From positions 310,001 through 374,000 of the forward strand of contig OZ287712.1 of the NCBI GenBank assembly GCA_965649825.1: a DNA stretch of 64,000 nucleotides. The letters are read 5' to 3'. This document shows positions 11,752-20,640 of this stretch, one piece after another; position 1 is the stretch's first letter, and every line of letters starts with the position of its first letter. The notes under the pieces were generated by a model. That model was not told the DNA's origin, made no database searches, and saw only the letters and a program-made list of their open reading frames with translations. Position numbers and translations under genes: made by a program. The stretch comes from Penicillus capitatus (taxonomy: Eukaryota; Plantae; Chlorophyta).

Positions 11752-12783
11752 GAGAGGCGAATGAGAAAAATCGATTACAGTCGCGCGTGTGAAATGAAAT
11801 CGGACGGAGAATAATCGTCTCCATTAATAATACCTGTCTGTCAAAAACCGCTATAGAGTGACCTCGAAAAGGAAAGTTTCCTAAAGGGAAATGCACAAAC
11901 AAACAGTTTCATGGTTCTTTTCATAGTGGTTGTCACATCAATTCGTAGACCATCAAACCCATTTTCCGACACTGTTGTACTCCTGTCATCGAAATCTCAC
12001 ATTCGTCTCATTCTGTGGCATGAACACTCGAAGAGCGCGATTCCGCATTTCAACCCTTTAAGTCGCAGAAGTGTCTTCCGTTTTGTTCTGGCAAGAACTC
12101 TGAGCGAGTGGACAGAGCAATCTTCTTTAGACAATGCGGCATTGTGCTTCTATGAGAGAACACGAAACAAAATCTCCTCGCATACCGAAAGCTTCCAATC
12201 GTGGGTGTCTAGCTGTCCAGATCGACTTCTTCCATCTGTTCGGACGACGGCCGTCTTGTGCACAGAGATTTCCATCACCGACTTTGCGATGATTAAACGG
12301 CTAGCTCATCATCGTCGCTAATGCTAACGGTCTTCGCCCAAGCCAATGAACAGAGGGCAGCGATGCATGCGCTTCGCACCCGAAAGCAAGAGTGGATCCG
12401 GTTGACCAGTGCGCTTATGCCACGGTCATTAACACGAAGCTCGAATACTGATGCTCCCAGTCGTAGGAATCTGATTTCAAAATGCTCGTCGACATCCAGA
12501 CGATGCGATGCCAGTTAATCATTCATTAGACTCCATGACTGATTTCGCTGAAAACACCTTATCCTCACTCTTAGGCTTCGTCTAGAATGGCACACAACGC
12601 TCGGCGAGTAATGAGATATGGAGACAGCGGTCTGCAAAAGACAATTTCGACAGCATCATGAACAGAGACTCCACTCTATGATCTGTTAGCACCAAACAAG
12701 GTAAATAGAAAAAAACCATCATCGAGTGAAATCAGACGGATGGCCTTCAGTTACGTTGGCATCCGGGCGAACAGGCCGACGGA

Positions 12784-13583
12784 TCACTGGAAGAAGCAGA
12801 GTTCGACGTCGCGACTTGGACTTGAACGTTTACCATGGCCCAGATAGCGACTCTTAGGACATGCTGCCGAAACGAAAATCTCCTGCTGTCGTGGATGCCC
12901 GACGCGCTGCACTGTTGGACGACTCAAAGTTGTTTTGTCTGCTTCGATTTTGGAAAAAACGTTTCCATGGAAGGTAGAACGCCCAGAATGTAAACAACTA
13001 CGGTCTGTAACTTGCCTCTGCTTCATTGCACTGCTGTAACCGAACCGGAGACGAATGCCATTAATTGCACAAGTGGCCGATGTCATAATGAAGGACAAAG
13101 CCGAATATGTTCATAAGACTCTCGAGTAGCCAACTGTCTTGGTTTCCTGTGAATGTTTACCCTCGATGACAGCGGTCTCTTCATGAGGTCGAGGGAAAGG
13201 TAGAAGAAGGTTGGCGATGGAGTTGCCGTGGAGGATTTGAAAACGTCGTCCGAAACAGGCAGTAATGCAAAAGCGGATTTAATAATCGAGCCAGTGTAAC
13301 ATCGAATCAATGCCCTTCCTGATGTTTTGACAGACACACAGGATTTGTGTATTGGCCGACATTCATTATCCCAAAGCCAGGGAAAGAGGTTCATGTGACA
13401 TTGAGGGATGCCGTAGAAAGTAATGCCAATAGCATTTTCAGAGGCAGGCGGATCCGGGCTCGGGGAGGCGTCGTCTCCCTGCAACAAGTGTCTTCTAGAG
13501 GATTTGCCTTCTAGTGCTCTCCCGACAGAAACACCTTTCCCTCCACTTCTTCCCATGCCAACACGCGACGCTGGCAAACACAT
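12784..13583 (-). pseudogene. Possible degraded secreted/membrane protein gene
   Basis: ORF with RRHLLQGDDASPSPDPP and an aromatic/Cys-rich segment (IGITFYGIPQCHMNLFPWLWDNECRP). Downstream frames are broken by stops and no family is recognised. Confidence 0.22.
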
Positions 13584-16500
13584 CCACCCTTGATCCGACT
13601 AAGAATTTCGTGTTCTGCCGTTACCTTCGCATGATGCGAAGCAACACACGACGATCTGTGGCAGACAGCGTGCGGTTAACTGGTGATGGATGAGATTTTC
13701 GGAAATTACGAGGTAAGAGATGCAGCACCTAGCGACTACAGTCGACATGGCGTACTATGCCGAAATACTTCTCGGATCCACTCTGCTATTTGCTTCGCAA
13801 ATCTGGGACGTTGCGCAAGACGCAGATCTCTGCAAGGCTCGAGAAAGGTACAAACTCATCCGCGTTCTCGGTCGCTATAGACGTCTGTTCAATTCATTCC
13901 ACCAGAGTGGCATCTGGACGCCAGATCCACGATTCTTCGATACCCAGTACACACCCTCGACACTAGAGAGCCTATGAACCGTCTACGATACATACACAGA
14001 CGGTCACACTTTCAAGGGACGGCATCCGCTTCCACTATGGATCGGAGGTTAGGAACCAGACGAGACTTCTTCTGGATGCGTCATTAGACGATCCAGATGC
14101 ATCCAAAGCAAACCCCGGCGCATCCATCGAAACCACGCTGTCACACAGAGCAGGTAAGTGACGAAGCACTCGATAATCGATAACTCTGTCCTTCTAGACC
14201 AGCCCCAACAACCAGAGCAGAATCAGCACAGGTACACGTCGCAGAGATTACTCATGGAGAGATGGAAGGCACCTCACCTTGCGGACAGTCGTCGATGGAC
14301 CCAGACACGCCTGTGCTCTTCCGATGACCGGCAACTGAGCCCCTGTAGACCCAGACAATGTTGTTCTCTGGTGGTCTCGTGTAACATTGTCAACACTTCC
14401 AGCCTCAGCAGCGCATCGCGTGTGCGAGCAGATAGGAAGGTGCTTCCCGACCTCCTTCGTCAACCGGCGCGGGAATCGGCGGTCTTTCGCGCGTGTCTTG
14501 GTCTGTCGACGCGATCTTGAATGTCCACGAAGGGCGGCGCGCTGGCCGACCGACGGAATGGATCTCCCTCGAGGCGTTGGCCTTTCGTCGAAACGATCTC
14601 TTGCTGCCCGCCAAGGAGCGCGAACGCAGTCTGCGCCGCCGTGGCATGCGACGCATCCTCTCGCGCCGTCTACGGCGAAGGACGGCGCAAGAGCCTCCGT
14701 CGTCGCGTCCGAGAGCTCGGCGCGCTTCACGAGAGGCATGAGCGCAGCTCCATTTCCTTTCCGTCTCAGCCATGCGAGGGCTGGGTAACGCTCCCGCTTC
14801 GTGGAGCGAACGCCTTCGCAGGCGGTGGGAGGCGAATGGTCGCTAACCGTAGAGTGGGTGCCGCGCGCACCGGATCCAGTCACATCGTTGTCTATTTCCG
14901 AAATTGGACGCGAGAATTTTGGGAGCTGGAGGCTTTTTCGGGCCAGTTAGGTTAAAGGAAAAAAAGTCAGAGGGAAGCACCAGACTCCAGATAAATGAGA
15001 TATCCACGCAGGTGAGGCCAGAAAACGTGTCAGCACGCGTTTGCTGTCACGATACGGGTGACAGCACCGCATCCATGACAAGCAGACCAGAAATAGATCA
15101 GGGTAGAAACTGGTGCCGGAACGACTGACTGCCTCGGCCGGGAAAAGAGCCCAGGTGAAATCTCATCGCGGCGTGCAGGCATGCTGCTGAGAGGCGTCTT
15201 CGCTTGGAGCAGGAGAGCTGCGCAACTGAGCCGATGAGATCGAACTCTGAGGTCGATCCTCCACGCATCTTCTATCTGGTAGGACCGGTGGCACGTCCGG
15301 CGCTGACAGAGGTCACTGACGGCGTCTGATCGAGGCTGCTCGACTTCTCTACAACTGCAAGCGGATACGGATTCCCACCGAGTCCGGCAACGGTCTGGGA
15401 TCCTCTGCATCTGAAGTCTGAGCTCCGATCCGGCTGCTGTTGTCACATCATCTGCTGGCTTCGGAGACTCTGCCATCCAGAGATCGTCAAAGTCACACGC
15501 GCGATGCGCATTTCCTGATCGCTCGGACAGCGATGCCGCGATCTCTCCCTTGTGACATGAACTCTAACACAGCTCTGGTCCTGTCACATCGCTGAACCAT
15601 AGTGACTCAGCACAGCATCATCTGACTCGTTGGCTCTCCAAGGCTACAGAAGTCCTCTCTCCGATCTTCAGGGATCTGTGAGATGGCCACACAGACAGTT
15701 CAGCCAGGAAGATCCCATCCCCAACTGCTCCAGAGAGAGAAAGAAGTTTTGGGATCGGCGACAGATTCCTGCCCTCGACAGGACAGTGCGAATCTCGACT
15801 GCCAGTGAAGAACAGGCGAGTCGAGTTCGGCGACCTCGGTCACAGAGAGAAGGCCTCTTGTCTTTCGCTGCTCGTCAGGAGGCCATCCATCTGTCAGATG
15901 AAATATTTGGCGACCGCACATGACGCGATCTGCTTCGATCTATCCTCAGCGGCTTCTTCGACCTCCCTTCTCCAGCTGCGGTGCCTGTCACAAAAGACCA
16001 CCCAGATGAGGGACGTTGCCAGCCATGTGTGAGTGGACACATGTTCTTATCAGAGTCACACGGATGTGTGACACCGCGACCGAGGTGTGAGCACGAAGAG
16101 TGATGATTCTGGGTCCAGTGTAGGGAACGAGATTGCATGATCCATCATGCGCCTGTCCGGCGAATCGGCTAGCTTCCTGGCAGATCCCAACCGAAGTACG
16201 ACAGTCAAATGGACTGTCAAGAGACAAGACCTACCTGTACAAAGAACACATGTAATGCAGAGACTTTGGATTTACATACCTGACAAGGTGCGTCGACGCT
16301 GATGTCATCGAGCAGGATGAAGGAACATGTCAGCAGGCATCACATGTTGGATGATGCTGCAGCTAAACGACTCCCATCCACCACCGCCTCGACATGTGGG
16401 AATCGGCAGTCCCGTGGCAGGAGGCGCGCCGTCGTCAGAGAGGGATTCTCGAAGGGTCGGCGTTCACTGCGGAGTCTCCTTCGGCGCCGCGACTCCGACG

Positions 16501-18265
16501 CCGCTCTGCCGACATGTGCCGTCTGGACTGGAACGCGTCTGGTTCGGGTTACGGTGAGATGACCTTCGCGTATTCACGGACATCGCACGCCAGCCTCGTC
16601 GTCTACGCGCGTCGCAAGACAGCGGCTACCCGTTTCCGACAGAACCGAGGATTCGCCGTCCCCTGCCTCCAAATAGCTGCGACGTGGTCTGAGAGAGGAC
16701 CGTTGTGCTCGGTTCACCGCTCCTTCGGTCATCGGATGACCATGGTCCACGAACTCCTGCGTACGTGCCACGCCTTCATTCGCGATCTTTCTCGTGTCAT
16801 TCGCATGGGAGATGCGCGTGTGGAGCGGGAGAAGGATCGGCGCGGCAAGACGATCGTTCTCGTCCGCGGAAAACGCGAGAACGCGCTGTCGCGCTGCTCG
16901 GAGTCCGTTGCTTCAGACAGCGGCATCATCGACCAGACGGACGGGTGACCGCGCCGACTGCCAAAAGGCGCTACGCAGACGCGGCGTCCGGACTCGGCCT
17001 GAGCAGACGGCCAGTCGTTCGCCCGCAAACCGGCGTTGTTAAAGGAGGGATCGCGGCAGAATTTCTGAGACTTGTCCATCCTTCTGGACGGATGAGTTTT
17101 TCGCCGACGCCGATTCTCCCGTCGAAGATGCGCCTGTCGCAGTGCAGCAGGCGCCACGGACAAGCTGGAAAGTGTCCGTTTCCTACGCGCCGTGTCGAAC
17201 GAACGCGCAGGTGACACGTCCGTCATCGGCGGCGTAGATCATCTTTTTTTCTAGGGTGTGTTTCTCGCTTGCACCTCTTTTTTGCCACCGCGGACAGCGA
17301 GAGAGCAGTCATTCGTCCGCGGCGCCTAAGCCATTCTCGGTAGCTGTGGCATCGGCGAGAAATGGCAGCAGGACACAGCGTCCTTGCGTCCGGACGGTCG
17401 GCCAAGTCCCCGTCGAGGAGGCTATTGGCCCCTCTTTGTCTCGCAGCGAACGTGGAAGGCGGTCGTCCGCGTTTCGCCTTCGCAGACAGACTGCCTCGGT
17501 TCGCGCTGGGAGAGAAATGGAGGCTAACCGTTCGGCACGTGCGCGCACCGCCAGATCAAGTCACATCGTGGCTGTTGCCGAATGCATCCTGAGAAAGCTC
17601 TCCATGCGACAGCAGCTGCTGGGTCACGGTCGACGGATACGACCGAATTGGCAAATGCGTTCGTCGGCAAACGAGGCACTGCCGAATTCGGACACGTCGC
17701 TTCTGGCATGCTGTCTGAATTCGGATCGCTAACTGTAGCTTCAAGGTATAAATTCCAGCAGAGTTCTCGACCATCGCCACTTCCCTTTACGCGTTTGTGC
17801 ATCTGCCTCTCTCAGGTTCTCCGGACTTCGTCTCGAACAACATGTCTGCCAACGCAACTCTGTTCTTCTTCGCCGCTCTCCTCTGCCTCTATGCAGCAAG
17901 ATCCATTCCGCTGCGGCAATTCTCCGTGGTGACTGTCTGGTGTTTGGCAGGCGACTGCTTACCGCCCGACCGCCGAGTCGGTCGTCGACGAGAATGGCCG
18001 CGTCGTCGGAACTCTGGTCCTGAAAACGAACCTCGCCAATCAAGCCAGTACGGATCAGCAGCTACCTGACAAAACCTCGTGCTCACTGTGGCGTTTGTCG
18101 TATGTGAAGTCGGCGGCGAGAAGTACGACGCCCTCCCTGAATATCAAGAGTATTCGTATTCGAAAAACACCTGCATCGAATCGATGTGCATCGAAAAACG
18201 TTACTTGCCGAATCTATTTAGTCGAGTATCGAACGCGACTGTCTGTATGTAGATTACGATGCATG

Positions 18266-18270
18266 GGACT
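18266..18270 (+). repeat. Target-site duplication GGACT (second copy at 24315-24319)
   Basis: gcatgGGACT|TGTTGG ... CCAACA|GGACTtctg. Confidence 0.95.
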
Positions 18271-19102
18271 TGTTGGTCCGCTGACTGATCAAGCGGAGAA
18301 GTCTTAGGCGACGGTTTGAAGGCCGTCAGGACTGGTCGCTTGAACGTGAGGAAGCAGTCAGCGACGGTTAAGAGAGCGCTCGAGAGGGTCAAGAGATGAC
18401 CAACGTAGGGTGAAAGACGAGTCTGCAAGAAGACGCGAAGGTCGTGAATTGCCAAATGTCCAGAGTTCTAGTCTGGGTGACGTGTATTCTCGGAATGATC
18501 GGAAAACGTCACTGTCATCTGTGAACACTTAGACACTCGCCAGAAATCTCAGAAACCGGTGGAATTCGATGATTGCTGAGGTCGAGGCGACGTCGAGTTT
18601 AACGCTACAAATGACCTGCGAGGTGCAAGCGACGTCGAGTTCTGAGCCGAAAGTCCGAGGCGACGAACGATGCTGTAACCCTGAGTGATCAGCCTGGATT
18701 ACAGAAAAGGCGAGGAAAGCGTGGCAGTCAGTTGACGTGACGAAATGGACAGTCGACGCGCTGAGAAGGAGACGCAGCCAGTGGTAAAAGCCTGAAGATG
18801 CAGCGTCGCAGTGAGGCGAAGACATGAAATCAAGGTGGCGCCAAAAGGCGACGTGAGACGCGAATTTAGTGTGTGTAACTAACAAAAACGCAAATGAAAC
18901 GGAGAACATGGGCATATAAAATAAAAACTTTAGGGGCAAGTTTGGGTTTAAAGCTTTCGGTGTTGCGTGCATATTTTGTCGATCGAGTCGCTTTGCGTTG
19001 CTGACGACTACAAGCGTAATCCCGCTGCCGTGCTGACGATTTTGGCCTGTTTTTCAGTGCCAATTCTGCCCCATCGTCGCATAGTACTGCAGAAAACCAA
19101 CA
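18271..19102 (+). repeat. 5' LTR (832 bp)
   Basis: Starts TGTTGG and ends CCAACA. Direct repeat of 23482-24314. Contains a duplicated GCGACGTCGAGTT (18587, 18629) and TATAAA/AATAAA at 18915-18925. Confidence 0.97.
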
Positions 19103-19120
19103 TGGTTTCGGAGCGAGCCA
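19103..19120 (+). promoter_or_regulatory. Primer-binding site (TGGTTTCGGAGCGAGCCA)
   Basis: Directly follows the 5' LTR and begins TGG. It resembles the tRNA-iMet-type PBS TGGTATC(A/G)GAGC with one mismatch. Confidence 0.75.
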
Positions 19121-19122
19121 AG

Positions 19123-20640
19123 ATGGCTCATGTGTGCCTTTGTTTCTGGCTATGTTTTGCACTGGTCTCATGCGTGAGAACGAGAAGTGGTACCTCGACA
19201 GAACCCAATCTGTCGCAGGAAAATCGCGAGTTGAGAGAGCAACTCGAACTGTTAAAAGAAGAGATTCAGCAGCTCAGACAGCCTAAGACTAGTTCTGAGG
19301 CCACTGGATCGAAATGGTTTCGTTGGGCATGGTCATTGGTGACAAGGACTAAAGTTCCACCGCTCGAATTTCCGGAGGACGATCAGGACGAGGTGGTTCC
19401 AGAGGAGGACGCAGGGATGGATGAGGCAGAAACGTCGTGTGATGGCGTATTATCCTGCTCTGCATCACTCTGTAGTCAGATCTGGAGGACTTGTCGTTTC
19501 TTTTTCGCCCAAATCTGGATACTGATGACGCGACCGACATTCTGGGTGTCACAGCTGAATCAGTCGTGCGTTGAACTAGTGTCTGTGTGGAAACAGGATG
19601 CGGCGCAAGTGGTTGGTTTGATGTTAGCCATTGCGTTTATCGCGTATCTTGTCAATGCTATTGCGTCCTTGACGCTCATGATATGGGAAAAGCGTCTTGG
19701 GTCTGTATTTCAGCGTTTCTCGAAAAAGTTGTCGTTTTTGGTCCTTATACTCAAGTTCAAGAACCTATTGGCTAGAGTAGCGAGATCGCATCACCAAGTT
19801 GAGAACGAGGTGAAGAGAAGGGTGCAAGAAGAGTTGGCCAAGGGTGGTCAGGCTCACGCTGTTGCAGCTGTCAATCACGACGCTAATCAGCGAGCTGTAC
19901 CGCGGAATTCAACTATGCTTTGTTTCAAATGTGGCAAGCCAGGTCATATCTCGAGAAATTGTCCTACCTGGAGAAACAAGTTTCAAGCTCAAGTTGAGGC
20001 GCCACGTGCGCAAGAGCAGTTTGTGATGCCTGCGCCAAGGCAACGAAGAGATCAACCGGTTCAAGTGCAGTCGGACGTAGCTATTTCGCCTGAAGTCGTG
20101 AGAGCGAGCCAGCTTAAGCTGCCGACTCAGACTCAGGTTGGAACTGTAAATAATGTCGAACAAGAAGAGACGGGAACTCAATTGAAGGCTCCTGCGTTTT
20201 TGGGACCAAAGGGTGTAAAATGCGTTTTGATCATTGATACGGGGAGTTCGGTGAACGTGATGCCTGAAGTGCGTGTCAAGAAGATGGGCCTGAGTGTCAA
20301 TGCGGATTTGGCGCCAGGGCAGACTCATCTTAGAGCGTTCAACGGAGGGATCGCGAGGGTCTTGGGTGTCTTGAATTTGAGGGTGAAGCTAGGAGCATGG
20401 GAGGTTGAGATACCTTTCTATGTTGCAAGAGGTGTGTCGCATGTCATTTTGGGAGTGCCGGGATTGAGTGCAATGGCCGTCACGATAGATCCGGCAAATG
20501 GCAGGCTTGTCAAGGGCGCGGATGCATTGCTGTGTGACGGATATCAGGATCATCCGCCAGCTTGCCACTTGGTTGAGGTTGCCGGATACGACATGCGAGA
20601 TGCACAACCCTCAAGTTCGCACCCAAATGTGTCCCAGTGA
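19123..20640 (+). CDS. gag-pro: Retrotransposon ORF1: signal peptide, coiled coil, TM helix, CCHC zinc knuckle, aspartic protease (atypical Gag-Pro)
   Basis: MAHVCLCFWLCFALVSC (19123; alternative ATG at 19102); heptads ENRELREQLELLKEEIQQL; TM VVGLMLAIAFIAYLVNAIASLTLMIW (19609-19686); CFKCGKPGHISRNC (19921-19962); LIIDTGSSVNVM (DTG at 20236-20244). Confidence 0.92.
   Translation: MAHVCLCFWLCFALVSCVRTRSGTSTEPNLSQENRELREQLELLKEEIQQLRQPKTSSEATGSKWFRWAWSLVTRTKVPPLEFPEDDQDEVVPEEDAGMDEAETSCDGVLSCSASLCSQIWRTCRFFFAQIWILMTRPTFWVSQLNQSCVELVSVWKQDAAQVVGLMLAIAFIAYLVNAIASLTLMIWEKRLGSVFQRFSKKLSFLVLILKFKNLLARVARSHHQVENEVKRRVQEELAKGGQAHAVAAVNHDANQRAVPRNSTMLCFKCGKPGHISRNCPTWRNKFQAQVEAPRAQEQFVMPAPRQRRDQPVQVQSDVAISPEVVRASQLKLPTQTQVGTVNNVEQEETGTQLKAPAFLGPKGVKCVLIIDTGSSVNVMPEVRVKKMGLSVNADLAPGQTHLRAFNGGIARVLGVLNLRVKLGAWEVEIPFYVARGVSHVILGVPGLSAMAVTIDPANGRLVKGADALLCDGYQDHPPACHLVEVAGYDMRDAQPSSSHPNVSQ
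20622..20628 (+). promoter_or_regulatory. Probable -1 ribosomal frameshift heptamer C CCA AAT
   Basis: X XXY YYZ pattern in the ORF1 frame. The Pol frame is open from 20577 (after TGA 20574-20576), is -1 relative to ORF1, and has no ATG before 20823. Confidence 0.65.

Noticed and set aside
14071-14097. Hairpin TCTGGAT-G-CGTC-ATTA-GACG-ATCCAGA as a Helitron 3' end
   Set aside because: No CTRR terminus follows it and no matching 5' TC boundary or Rep/helicase is visible.
16760-17420. P-type ATPase relic (GKTIVLVRGKRENALSRCS on plus; RTLCPAAI...YREW on minus)
   Set aside because: The two look-alike snippets are on opposite strands and lack the KGA, DKTGT and TGD signatures. Insufficient support.
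18529-18972. 147-aa antisense ORF inside both LTRs (extended to 256 aa at 23740-24510)
   Set aside because: No recognisable motifs. It is duplicated only because the LTR is, and the extension comes from flanking DNA. Probably chance.
18967-19101. ORF-finder start of ORF1 inside the 5' LTR
   Set aside because: This frame is open only because of the T5 run; the T6 run in the 3' LTR copy shifts it. The true start is more likely 19102 or 19123.
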